Below, piece after piece: positions 31,009 to 40,692 of a stretch of DNA of 64,000 bases. Each line of letters begins with the position of its first letter. The stretch's first letter is position 1. The position numbers and the translations under genes are program-made. The stretch is from Waddliaceae bacterium (GTDB lineage Bacteria; Chlamydiota; Chlamydiia; Chlamydiales; Waddliaceae): NCBI GenBank assembly GCA_963724325.1, contig CAVRUH010000001.1, positions 1,024,001-1,088,000 on the forward strand, written 5' to 3'. The notes beneath the pieces are model-generated. The model was not told where the DNA came from. It saw only the letters and a list, made by a program, of their open reading frames with translations, and searched no databases.

Positions 31009-32220
31009 CTACACTAATTGTGAAAGAAAAGTTCTCGCGGGAACTATAATGGGAACATTAGAACTAAAGCAGTCTTTATTGACATAAGGCATATCTATTA
31101 CAACCTGAAAAGCATGGGGGACTTTTAATTGCTCCTGAAAATAATAAAGAGAAGGGGAAATTCCCTTGTTGTCAGAGTACTTGGCCTCAACTAAAAACCA
31201 TGGTTGACGATTTTTAGTCACGATAAAATCGACCTCCCGCTTGTTCTTGTCCCTTAAATAGTGCAATTCATATGTTCCAAATCCTATATCTGTCCAATAA
31301 TGCACAGCCTTGAGCAAATGTGAAGCAATAAAATTTTCAGCTCTTTTTCCATTTTCACGGCATAACGACCAATCCCAAAGATAGTATTTGGGTTCTTTTA
31401 TGAGTGAACGCGAAACATTTTTTGACCAAGGAGATAACTCATAAGTGAAGTAAAGTGCTTTCAATATTTTTAACCAACTTCGCACCGTTTTATCTGAACA
31501 TTGCAGTTCATTGGCCAATGAGCTAAATGAAACGTGTTGACCAGCTCTTTCAACCATCATCTCTGCCAAAACCTCTATTTGACCAATCTCTTGAATCCGT
31601 GAAAGATCTCTAATGTCTTCGTTAAACAGTTGTTGAAAACGTAGCCTATTCCAACGATTGAAAAATTTTAAGTTTCCTTTAAGATAGGGATCTGGAAAAC
31701 CACCAAATTTCCACAGCCGAGAGAAACTATCCTCATCAAGATGTTTTGGAGATTTTCTAATTTCGTCATCAGGTAGATTTTGATGAAGGAGTTCGGCGAT
31801 TGATAATGGATGAAAGCGAAAATAAAAATATCTTCCCATGAGGCTATCTCCGCCCTTTTTGTAAACATCGAGCCTCGCGCTTCCTGTAACTAGGATATGT
31901 GCTTGACTAGGATAACTATCATACAATCCTTTCAGGAGAATTTTCCAATTTTTATACTTATGGATTTCATCGAGAATAATAACAGGAACTTCTTCAGCAA
32001 GGGAATTTAAAGATGCGAATTCAGCGATTCTAGATGCACCTCCCAAAATGAGATGACGGTGATCGGAATTATCCCAACTTAGATAGTAGACTTTTTGCCA
32101 CATTTTATCTAAGGAAAGACTGGTCGTAGTTTTTCCTACTTGTCTTGGTCCCATTAAGAAAATCATCTGGCGATTATTCTTAAAATTTTCTGTGATGACA
32201 TCAAGGTAGAATCTTTTCAT
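31009..32220 (-). CDS. AAA+ ATPase with DUF4143 domain
   Basis: GPRQVGKT, LDEIHK, GDSLMGR, EVDFIV...LVEAK. Confidence 0.85.
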   Translation of the reverse strand: MKRFYLDVITENFKNNRQMIFLMGPRQVGKTTTSLSLDKMWQKVYYLSWDNSDHRHLILGGASRIAEFASLNSLAEEVPVIILDEIHKYKNWKILLKGLYDSYPSQAHILVTGSARLDVYKKGGDSLMGRYFYFRFHPLSIAELLHQNLPDDEIRKSPKHLDEDSFSRLWKFGGFPDPYLKGNLKFFNRWNRLRFQQLFNEDIRDLSRIQEIGQIEVLAEMMVERAGQHVSFSSLANELQCSDKTVRSWLKILKALYFTYELSPWSKNVSRSLIKEPKYYLWDWSLCRENGKRAENFIASHLLKAVHYWTDIGFGTYELHYLRDKNKREVDFIVTKNRQPWFLVEAKYSDNKGISPSLYYFQEQLKVPHAFQVVIDMPYVNKDCFSSNVPIIVPARTFLSQLV

Positions 32221-32254
32221 AACCTAATATTACGAAAATATACCAATTTATTCA

Positions 32255-32320
32255 ATGACTTTTTCGGAGTCTTATCCGAAAAAGTCATAACTTTTTCGGA
32301 GTCTTATCCGAAAAAGTCAT
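32255..32320. promoter_or_regulatory. Tandemly duplicated 34-bp palindromic operator-like site
   Basis: ATGACTTTTTCGGA-GTCTTA-TCCGAAAAAGTCAT twice, 32-bp period, upstream of the ATPase start. Confidence 0.65.
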
Positions 32321-32345
32321 GCATTAGCTTGTTGCTTGGATGAAA

Positions 32346-34910
32346 TTAAGTGTATAGAATGTTCACTAATCGTCCTAAGGAATTTTCTTTTACAATAGTA
32401 CTGTTGTCTTTCAATTTCTCTTCTATCGATTTGTAAATATCTGCTTGGGTTTTTCCTTCTGAAAGGAGGGTTTGAATGATTCTCTCTGCCTCCTCTTGAT
32501 TATAATTTTGATCATTAATAATTTCATCATATAATTGGAATAGTTGTGCTTCTGCCGCACCGCCAGTGATATCTACTTGCATCTGCATTTCGTGTGCTAA
32601 TTTTTCATCTTCTGAGGTGTCCATTTCAAATATGAATGGTGCATCAAGTTTCAAATGTTGATTAATTAATTCCCAGTTCTCTCCAAATACTTTTATTGCT
32701 TCTGGGACATCATTTTCTACTTTGTCTAGTTCAATTTTTGGCATTTCATCATTTATTCTATTAATGAAATCAACTAATTTTTTATGAATCTCTTCTGGAA
32801 GCTTGACTAGACCCTCTTCTTCATTAGGCACGTATTGTTGGATATGATCCCAAGCAGCGGTTGTGTTTATAGCAAAAACTGGAAAATCAATATTTCCTTG
32901 TTCGATCAGTGTTAGAATATGCCCTAGAGATTGGAGTCCTTCTTCTAGCTTATCATCGTTATCTTTTTTAACTTGTTCAACGCGTGCCACTTCGGCGGCT
33001 TCCGCAGCTGCTTTTGCATCTATTTCTGCCTGTTCAGCAGCAGCTTCATCAACTTTTTTCTTTTCGGCTATTTGTCTTAAGATATCTTGTATGCGTTCTT
33101 CCCTAGCTTTCTTTGCTTCATCTATCTTATTTTGAAGTGTTGGAGCTAAAGTTTTTCGACCTCCGGGAAAATTAATGGTATTACTCGAATTCTTGTCCAG
33201 TATGGACAGCACTTTATTAGCTATTTCATTTGCTGAAAAAGTTTTTGAGTATTTCAACAGTAGCTCCCATAGGGCTTTCATGTTTTCTGCATTTTTTATG
33301 TCATCTTGAGTTTTAAGGTGTGCTAGCTCATTATCGAGATCTTCTAGTTTTATTTCTTCCTCAGCTTGTACTTCAACTGTTTCAGGGACTTCTACCTCCT
33401 CTACTGCATGGGGTTTTGCCAATTCTTCTTCGGCTTTCTTTTGAGCAGCTTGTGCCAATCGCTCACGCATTATTCTAATATTTTCTTCTGCTGCGGCTTT
33501 TTGTTCCATTGCTAGTTTTTCATCTTCACTAGGTGGTTTATTTGCTTCTTCTTCCTCAAGTCGTTTCTTTTCGGCATCTTCGATTAGTCTCTTTTCATCA
33601 GCGATTTTGTTTTCTATCGCATTGGCTACTCCACCTTGAAAGTGAAGTTGTTTGGCCAAGAGTATGCTGTTAACTTTAGTTTCTATTTCCTCTGGTGTAA
33701 AACCAGCTTTGTGGTATTCCATAAATATGTTGATTAAATCGGCTTTCTTGCTCCTCATTTGTATGAAATCATTATTGTTTAGGAAAGCTAATTCTTTGTC
33801 TAATTCATCCAGCTTAGAGGCTTTGACTACGACTGGTTCAGGTTCTATCGCCTCTACTTTTGGGGGTTCAACAACTTCTTCTGGTTGAGCAGGGATATTT
33901 TCCCATTTTTCTCTAAGAATTTTTTGTTCTTCAGACACCTGTGGTGGATTTTCAGCTACGCTTGATGCGACTACTGGTTGATCGTGTGGAAGTTCCACAA
34001 CTTCTTCTGGTTGAGCAGGGATATTTTCCCATTTTTCTCTAAGAATTTTTTGCTCTTCGGACAGCTGTGGTGGATTTTCGGCTATGCTTGGTGCGACTGC
34101 TGGTTGCTTTTTTTCTTCTTCTGAGGAGCTTTCGCTTGAGGCTTGTTTGTCTGCTTTCTGATCCTGTTCAAGTTTTTCCTTTTCGGCATCCATTCGTTTT
34201 GTTAATGCGGCAGTAACATTTACTGGAAAACCCATTTTTTCCCGATTCAATATACTCCCTACGTGTTGACGTATGGCTGATGGTGTAAAATTCTTCGTGT
34301 ATTTCATGAACAGATCAAGTAATTTATCTTTGTCTTCCGCGAGTATTTCATAAGATTGATAGGAAAGCAAAATGCCATCTAAGTCTTCGAGATTATCATA
34401 TTTTTGTGGTTCTTCTTCCTCTCGTATTATAGTTGTTGAGGTAGATGTTCTTGCAGGGGCTCCTCGTCCTAAATCATCATCTTCACTTTCATCAGATGAA
34501 GAATCGGAGGCTTCGTCTTTTCTGGATGAGGGTGGTGTTGTAGGAAAATGTGTTGAAGTTCGAGCTGGGGGTGGTGTAGGTACACGTGTTGAAGTCCGAA
34601 CTGGGGGAGTTGTTCTTGAGCTGGGAAAAATTTGATCGAAATTTACGTTATTTAAGTCAGCTTTGATGACTGAAGCGGAGAAGTTATGTTTGCTAAGATG
34701 TTCCAGATTAGCGGCTTTTAAGCTTTGATGGTACAAATCGCGTACTTTTCTATCTGCCAAGCCGAATGTGACAATATTTACAATTAATCTTAAAATCCAA
34801 TTACCGATTCCATTGACTTTTTCTAGTTTTCCGTTTTTTGCGTTGAAGCTTCTAAAATTAGGATCATTTTTAAGTTCTTGTAAATTAAATTTTGCAGTTA
34901 ATAGATCCAT
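32346..34910 (-). CDS. Large acidic/coiled-coil repeat protein, candidate T3SS effector
   Basis: 854 aa; Pro/Thr/Ser-rich linker, 42-aa tandem duplication (126-bp period, ~33871/33997), three ~75-aa helical repeats. Confidence 0.75.
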   Translation of the reverse strand: MDLLTAKFNLQELKNDPNFRSFNAKNGKLEKVNGIGNWILRLIVNIVTFGLADRKVRDLYHQSLKAANLEHLSKHNFSASVIKADLNNVNFDQIFPSSRTTPPVRTSTRVPTPPPARTSTHFPTTPPSSRKDEASDSSSDESEDDDLGRGAPARTSTSTTIIREEEEPQKYDNLEDLDGILLSYQSYEILAEDKDKLLDLFMKYTKNFTPSAIRQHVGSILNREKMGFPVNVTAALTKRMDAEKEKLEQDQKADKQASSESSSEEEKKQPAVAPSIAENPPQLSEEQKILREKWENIPAQPEEVVELPHDQPVVASSVAENPPQVSEEQKILREKWENIPAQPEEVVEPPKVEAIEPEPVVVKASKLDELDKELAFLNNNDFIQMRSKKADLINIFMEYHKAGFTPEEIETKVNSILLAKQLHFQGGVANAIENKIADEKRLIEDAEKKRLEEEEANKPPSEDEKLAMEQKAAAEENIRIMRERLAQAAQKKAEEELAKPHAVEEVEVPETVEVQAEEEIKLEDLDNELAHLKTQDDIKNAENMKALWELLLKYSKTFSANEIANKVLSILDKNSSNTINFPGGRKTLAPTLQNKIDEAKKAREERIQDILRQIAEKKKVDEAAAEQAEIDAKAAAEAAEVARVEQVKKDNDDKLEEGLQSLGHILTLIEQGNIDFPVFAINTTAAWDHIQQYVPNEEEGLVKLPEEIHKKLVDFINRINDEMPKIELDKVENDVPEAIKVFGENWELINQHLKLDAPFIFEMDTSEDEKLAHEMQMQVDITGGAAEAQLFQLYDEIINDQNYNQEEAERIIQTLLSEGKTQADIYKSIEEKLKDNSTIVKENSLGRLVNILYT

Positions 34911-35085
34911 AATGCCCCCATCTAAAATTATTCATGCTATTTTCAATTCTGATTATATTAAAATTATCAGTTTATGAGCAATGTTTATTTTACTGATTTT
35001 GTTGAACCTAACCGTTTTAAGGTCAAAAAATATATTGATTCAGAGTGTAAAATATGCTATCACCTGAGGATTAAATAATTTTATT

Positions 35086-35883
35086 TTGGATATTATGAGA
35101 AATTTTTTGAGAGTCGCAATTTTGGTCCTTTTTGTCCTTTTTGTCCCTTTTTCTGAGGCTCTTGTGGTGAATAGCCTTACCTATAATGGCAAATTCGATC
35201 CGGGGGAAATGAGACGCATAGAAGTGACTGTGACTAATGAAAAGGATGAAGTTGAGCAGGTGGAATTAAAGCTAGTTGATTATTGGACCAATGCTGAGGG
35301 ACAGCATTTCTTTGAACAAAGTAAAGATCAACAGAGATCCAATGTGCCATGGGTGAAACTTGGGGTTAATAGGGTTACTTTGCAGCCCAAAGAGTCGGCA
35401 ACGATTCACTATACTGTAAATGTGCCTAATGATCCCAATTTGAAGGGAAGTTACTGGAGTGTTATCATTTTTGAACCTGCGGATCCAATTGCAACTAAAG
35501 AGCGTAAAGAAAATGAATTCCAGTTGTTGGTCAAAGTGCGTTATGCATATCATATTGTCACGGACATAGATCAGGGGGAATCTAATTTAAAGATTCTGCA
35601 GAAAGACTTTAAAAATTTTAATGGCAAGGAATTATTATGCATTGATGTTGCCAATGTTGGGGAGGTATTTCTTAATCCGCAGATGACGTTGAAGTTGTAT
35701 TCAGAAGCCGGGATTCTAGAAAAGACCCTTGACGGAAGAAAGGAACGTCTCTATCCAGGCAGCTCTTCCCGATATTTTATAGATCCTGATGGCGTGGAAA
35801 AGAAAAATTACAAAGTATTTATGCTATTGGATAATGCTGATGGTAACATGTTTGGAGAAGCTTTTGATTTGCGGTTCCCATGA
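35086..35883 (+). CDS. Putative pilus-assembly chaperone (PapD-like two-Ig-domain protein)
   Basis: Signal peptide; GSYWSVIIFEP, V.NVGEVFL.P, RLYPGSSSRY patterns; first gene of a three-gene cluster. Confidence 0.6.
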   Translation: MDIMRNFLRVAILVLFVLFVPFSEALVVNSLTYNGKFDPGEMRRIEVTVTNEKDEVEQVELKLVDYWTNAEGQHFFEQSKDQQRSNVPWVKLGVNRVTLQPKESATIHYTVNVPNDPNLKGSYWSVIIFEPADPIATKERKENEFQLLVKVRYAYHIVTDIDQGESNLKILQKDFKNFNGKELLCIDVANVGEVFLNPQMTLKLYSEAGILEKTLDGRKERLYPGSSSRYFIDPDGVEKKNYKVFMLLDNADGNMFGEAFDLRFP

Positions 35884-38495
35884 AAAGATTAATACTATTG
35901 ATGTTGTGTTGCTGGGTATTCTTGCATGCTGAGTTTGAGCTTACGTCTCCCGCTATACTTGAGGTTGACCCTGGAGAATTCATTTACATAAGCGGTTTGT
36001 CGAAAGAGGTAGAAGACGTACGCTTGCAATGCCCTGAGAATTGGAAGGTTGTCTCGGGATTTGTCCCAGGCACTGTTCAAATCTTTTGTGTGAAGGTGCC
36101 GCAAGAGGCATTAGCAGGTGAATATGAAATTGCCATTGCTGCTCAAACCATTCGTGTAAAAGTCCTTCCAAAAGAAGACTTTTCAGCTAGGGTTGAGAAT
36201 ATACAATCGAGTTATCTTCCTGATGATCCGATTCATTTGAACTTAGTTTGTTTGAATCGAGGAAATATCTCTATGACAATACAGGTCGAGGTAACATCGG
36301 ATCCGATATGCGACCTTGAATGTTCAGATGAGTGTCTTGAAATTCAACCAAGTGATTTAATATCTATTCCACTTCACGTAAAACCTAAAGCCAATTTTGA
36401 AATTGAGAGGCAATTTGTTTTATTAAAGGTTAATGATGTAAAAACTGGAAAATATATTTATCAGACGACGTTAAATCTAAATGTTGTTCTTCCAGGCGCA
36501 TCTGAAGATGATATGTATGTAAGAATACCTTCGGCTGTTTCGGCAATGGTGCTTGGAGATAGTAGCAGCACGGCATTCGCAGTCAAATGGGAGGGGGGTG
36601 GAATTATTGATCCAACGCGGGATCGTTATTTAGAATTTCTATTTCTAATTCCTACAAAAAATAATAACGTCATTTATTCAAGTGATCAGGTTCTCTATTT
36701 GGCCATGAGTGAGCCTACTTGGGACTTTCAAATAGGTGATAGCATATATAATTTAACCCAACTTTCACAAAATTATGTTTATGGGAGGGGCATTGAATTA
36801 GATTTGTATGGCGATGTCTGGTCGGTGGGAGCGCATTACAATCAGGATTCTTGTGATAGGAGTCCTAATCTTAAGGAAACATGTGGATATATCGAATATG
36901 CCCCTACTCCTATTTTTAGTATGTCGGGGAATTACTTACATAAGAATCAAAAAGACTTTTGTGATGCGAATATTGCTACTCTTTTGACCGATTTCGAATT
37001 CCCTTCCAAAGTATTCACAGAAATAGAAATTGCTAATAATTTTGTGAAAGAGACTAAATTGAGAAATTCCGGAGCTTACAGAATTGAAACTCAAGGAAAA
37101 TGTGGAAATGATACTTGGTTCGGCATAGAGCAAGTGGGAGCTGGTTCAAAATTTAATGGAAGTTATGAAAATGTAGATTCCACATCAGCAATCATTGATT
37201 TTCCGATTAGAAATCTTGTCAGAGGAAACCTGAGTTATACACGTCTGAGACAAAATTTTATAAATTACTGCAGCAATGAAGGGACCCTAGAGCCTCGTCA
37301 ATATCAAATCAATGGTAATTTGAATTATAATATGATTTGCGGGGGCATATTGGGGCTTAATGCTTTTATTTTGCGAGCGAAGGACGTTGGTAAAAGAGAA
37401 CAGTTTAATTTTTTGCAAAAGTGGATAGGAGCCTCGTTTTCCAGAAATTTGCGAGATTATATTTTCAATTCTAGAATAGCTTTTGGAGCACAAAATGATT
37501 TTTTATTGCATCATTCTGTTGACAATTTGAAGAGTTTCTACTTTTTTCTCGGCAAAAATTTTACTCAAAATTGGCGTGGAGCCATTTTTTATGATGGAGG
37601 AAATACAAACTATTATGACCCTAAGCCTTGGCGGGATACTTTTGGGGTATCGACACAATTTAGATATGGCTCTGGTTCCTATTTAGATTTATATGTCCGC
37701 AATGTAAAAACGAGTCCCAATAAATTTAATTTTTTGGAGTGGGGGGTGAACTATGTGCATTTTTTTAAAAACCGACATCAGATTCAGTTGGCAGCACAAA
37801 ATATAAGGTATCGTTCTTCCATTAAAGATGATTTTCAATTTTTCCTCTCTTACACTATTCCTCTTTCTTTACCTGTTGGGAAAAGAAAGGATGTAGGATC
37901 TGTCAGTGGATATGTTTATGATGATTATGAGAGAAAAGCAGTCCCTTTTGCTACAATCAATTTAAACGGAAAAAAGGCTGTCACGGACGCAGAAGGGTAT
38001 TTTAATTTTTCATCGACACCCGTGGGTATGCATGCTCTAAAAACAGAAAATCTTCCCCAAAATCTCTTGGCACAATATGAGATCTCCCAAAATATCAATG
38101 TTTTAGGTGGAAAAAAAGTTGAAGTCCCAATTTCGGTAGTACAAGCTTGTTCTATTAAGGGGACAATCAAACTTTATGTCTTTGACGACACTATCCCGCC
38201 TTGGGAAGAATCAGAACCACATATTATTGAAAAAGAAGTTGTCGCAGGCCTTAGAATATTTATTAGCAGTGAAAACGGAAAGGAAGTTTATACAACTATT
38301 TCAGATCGAGAAGGTTCTTTTGAATTCGCGATGCTTCGACCAGGGAAATGGACTATTAGCATCAATAATAATCAAATTGCCTCTTCACATTTTCTAGAAG
38401 AAAAAGAGTTAATCTTAAATGTTAAACCTAAAGAAGATAAGGTTGTTAATTTAAGGGTTCTTCCTAAAACTCATAAAATCAAACGTTTTCAGTAA
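35880..38495 (+). CDS. Putative usher-like outer-membrane protein
   Basis: Signal peptide, N-terminal Ig-like region, central beta-barrel-like region, C-terminal carboxypeptidase-regulatory-like domains (GSVSGYVYDD, TDAEGYFNF). Confidence 0.6.
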   Translation: MKRLILLMLCCWVFLHAEFELTSPAILEVDPGEFIYISGLSKEVEDVRLQCPENWKVVSGFVPGTVQIFCVKVPQEALAGEYEIAIAAQTIRVKVLPKEDFSARVENIQSSYLPDDPIHLNLVCLNRGNISMTIQVEVTSDPICDLECSDECLEIQPSDLISIPLHVKPKANFEIERQFVLLKVNDVKTGKYIYQTTLNLNVVLPGASEDDMYVRIPSAVSAMVLGDSSSTAFAVKWEGGGIIDPTRDRYLEFLFLIPTKNNNVIYSSDQVLYLAMSEPTWDFQIGDSIYNLTQLSQNYVYGRGIELDLYGDVWSVGAHYNQDSCDRSPNLKETCGYIEYAPTPIFSMSGNYLHKNQKDFCDANIATLLTDFEFPSKVFTEIEIANNFVKETKLRNSGAYRIETQGKCGNDTWFGIEQVGAGSKFNGSYENVDSTSAIIDFPIRNLVRGNLSYTRLRQNFINYCSNEGTLEPRQYQINGNLNYNMICGGILGLNAFILRAKDVGKREQFNFLQKWIGASFSRNLRDYIFNSRIAFGAQNDFLLHHSVDNLKSFYFFLGKNFTQNWRGAIFYDGGNTNYYDPKPWRDTFGVSTQFRYGSGSYLDLYVRNVKTSPNKFNFLEWGVNYVHFFKNRHQIQLAAQNIRYRSSIKDDFQFFLSYTIPLSLPVGKRKDVGSVSGYVYDDYERKAVPFATINLNGKKAVTDAEGYFNFSSTPVGMHALKTENLPQNLLAQYEISQNINVLGGKKVEVPISVVQACSIKGTIKLYVFDDTIPPWEESEPHIIEKEVVAGLRIFISSENGKEVYTTISDREGSFEFAMLRPGKWTISINNNQIASSHFLEEKELILNVKPKEDKVVNLRVLPKTHKIKRFQ

Positions 38496-38566
38496 AAAAA
38501 ATATTGCATATATTCTTTACAAATACTACACCTAAGGCAGAAGTAAAACTTTTTTTTAAGGAGTAT

Positions 38567-39049
38567 ATGAACAAAAAACTGATTTTCGTCGGACTAGCTA
38601 CTTTGGTATTAACCCAACAAGCTTTGTTCGCATCAACAACCGCAACAGCCACGGTTACATGGACAGTTGCATCCATTGATGCTATTTCAGTTTCCGGAAA
38701 TCCAGGAACATTGACTGTTAATTCTGCAACCGCCGGTAGTGCCCCTTCGAGTGCTGCTGATTCAACAACTACTTATTCCGTGACAACGAATAATACAGCT
38801 AGAAAAGTTACAGGAGCTGTAGGCGTTGCCATGCCTACGGGTGTTACTTTGAGTGTTAACTTGGCGGCGCCTACAGGTGGAACTTCAATAGGAAGCGTTG
38901 GTTTGACAACAACTGCACAAAGTTTGGTTACAGGAATAGCCAATCTTGCACAGTCAGCGTTAGGAATTACGTATACTCTCGCTGCAACAGTAAGTGCGGC
39001 CCAAGCTTCTGCACAGACAGCGACCGTCACATACACTGTCGGACCCTAA
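38567..39049 (+). CDS. Putative major pilin/fibre subunit
   Basis: AAGGAG RBS before ATG 38567; signal peptide; Thr/Ala/Ser/Val-rich; alternating N-terminal strand TATATVTWTV and C-terminal ATVTYTV. Confidence 0.6.
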   Translation: MNKKLIFVGLATLVLTQQALFASTTATATVTWTVASIDAISVSGNPGTLTVNSATAGSAPSSAADSTTTYSVTTNNTARKVTGAVGVAMPTGVTLSVNLAAPTGGTSIGSVGLTTTAQSLVTGIANLAQSALGITYTLAATVSAAQASAQTATVTYTVGP

Positions 39050-39057
39050 ATAATACA

Positions 39058-39082
39058 ACCCCGCTTTATTCCAAAGCGGGGT
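39058..39082 (+). terminator. Stem-loop after pilin gene
   Basis: ACCCCGCTTT-ATTCC-AAAGCGGGGT. Confidence 0.55.
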
Positions 39083-39119
39083 CTCAAGCATAGCTTTACG
39101 CATAAGTTCATCCTCATTT

Positions 39120-39222
39120 TTTCTTATCCTGCCTATCTTGCCGCTTGCGATCATCCATATCCTGTTCTTTTAAGGAATAACAGGATATGGATGATCGCAA
39201 GCGGCAAGATGGGCAGGATAGG
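39120..39222. repeat. Family-1 hairpin (REPIN-like doublet)
   Basis: TTATCCTGCCTATCTTGCCGCTTGCGATCATCCATATCCTGTT / AACAGGATATGGATGATCGCAAGCGGCAAGATGGGCAGGATA. Confidence 0.85.
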
Positions 39223-39235
39223 AGTCAGAGAATTT

Positions 39236-40555
39236 CTAGAAAAATTCGCTGCCGTCTATGGATTGAATCACATAATAACTGAAGTTTTCCGCCCAGATGA
39301 TGGTTGCATCGCCCGTGCTGTCTATAACAATCGCTGGGGTGATGGCATCTAACGTTGGATCAGAATGATCTACAGATGAACTCCAAGAGCCGCCAAACGG
39401 CAAAGTGGCAGTTTGAAGAACAAAATTCGTGCCATTTAATCTGGTCCATACTGCTATTGCATTCCCGCTAGGGTCGACAGCTACCATGGGTGATGCTGAA
39501 TCTTGACCTGAATCAGAAAGACTGACTGGATCCGTCCAAAAATAACTATTTAACGTAGCGCTATAATTTGAAAATAGACTTGAGCTTTCGACGAGTAGGT
39601 TTTCTCCATCATTGCGTGTCCAAATGGCGACGCCATTTCCTGATGGATCGATTGCAACTTGTGCGTTGTACGCATCTTCACCGGGTTCAGAAAGATACAT
39701 TGGGAAGCTCCAGTTGCCATTGGAAGGCAAAATTGAAGCTTGGGTTATGAAGTTGTTACCATCAAATCCGCTCCAAATTGCTACGGCACTTCCGTAATTA
39801 TTGATAGCCACTTGGGGGTTCATAGCATCGTACCCTTGTATAGAAAGGTAGGTAGGATTTGACCAAACACCGTTGATTGAATAGGATGCACATTCTGTAT
39901 TAAGATTTGTGCCATCAAAACCGGTCCAAATGGCGATTGTGCTTCCGGTTGAATTAGTTGTTACTTGAGGCTGGAAAGCATATTCATAGGGTTCTGAGAT
40001 ATCTTCAGGAGCGCTCCAAACACCATAGTAGGTTCTTCGTATAGCTTGAATTCCAACGGAATCACCATCATATTTTTCCCAAACGACAACTATGTTGCCT
40101 ATGCTATCGATGGCTACTTTAGCGTTGGCTGCAGAGATGCTAGGGTCAGAAAGAATCACAATATCTGACCAGCTCCCTCCAAATTCCCTCATTTTAACAT
40201 TAATTTTGGAATTGGATACGCTATAGCTTTCCCATACCACTACGGCATTTCCAGCAGCATTCATGGCTACCATTGGATTATAGCTATCTTCACCAATGGT
40301 TGAGAGGTCTGTGATGCCTGACCATCCTGCATTTGATGATTTTGTTGCGGATCGTATTTTGATGTTTTGTCCATTAAATTCAGACCAAACCGCAATAGCG
40401 TATCCTGTGGCGTTTACTGCGAGATCTGGTGTTGTGGCCTGGTTTGCGTATGACGTAAGAGTCACAGGACTTGACCATGATGCCATTAGAGGGGTTCCAT
40501 TAAATATTGCGACCATTGTGATGACAGCATAAATCGAGATGCTAAGTAAATTCAC
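39236..40555 (-). CDS. Secreted beta-propeller-like repeat protein
   Basis: Signal peptide; eight ~51-aa repeats P.VA.D..GN..AVW...DG...WS.P..LS. Confidence 0.75.
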   Translation of the reverse strand: MNLLSISIYAVITMVAIFNGTPLMASWSSPVTLTSYANQATTPDLAVNATGYAIAVWSEFNGQNIKIRSATKSSNAGWSGITDLSTIGEDSYNPMVAMNAAGNAVVVWESYSVSNSKINVKMREFGGSWSDIVILSDPSISAANAKVAIDSIGNIVVVWEKYDGDSVGIQAIRRTYYGVWSAPEDISEPYEYAFQPQVTTNSTGSTIAIWTGFDGTNLNTECASYSINGVWSNPTYLSIQGYDAMNPQVAINNYGSAVAIWSGFDGNNFITQASILPSNGNWSFPMYLSEPGEDAYNAQVAIDPSGNGVAIWTRNDGENLLVESSSLFSNYSATLNSYFWTDPVSLSDSGQDSASPMVAVDPSGNAIAVWTRLNGTNFVLQTATLPFGGSWSSSVDHSDPTLDAITPAIVIDSTGDATIIWAENFSYYVIQSIDGSEFF

Positions 40556-40692
40556 GTGAATACCTCTTTTGTTGAAGGTTAAAGAATTTCAATAGCATCT
40601 ATTTCTATATAGAAATCCATTTCTTTGCAAATGTTTTTTTGCAGGGCTGTGGTTCTGCCGTCTCAGGCAGCAGAACCACGGCATGAAGAATC

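Noticed and set aside
35120..35152. 9-bp repeat GTCCTTTTT in the chaperone signal peptide as a phase-variation switch
   Set aside because: The unit is a multiple of 3 with only ~3 copies, so slippage would not shift the frame
38504..38566. Track start of the pilin ORF
   Set aside because: The AAGGAG RBS and signal peptide indicate ATG 38567
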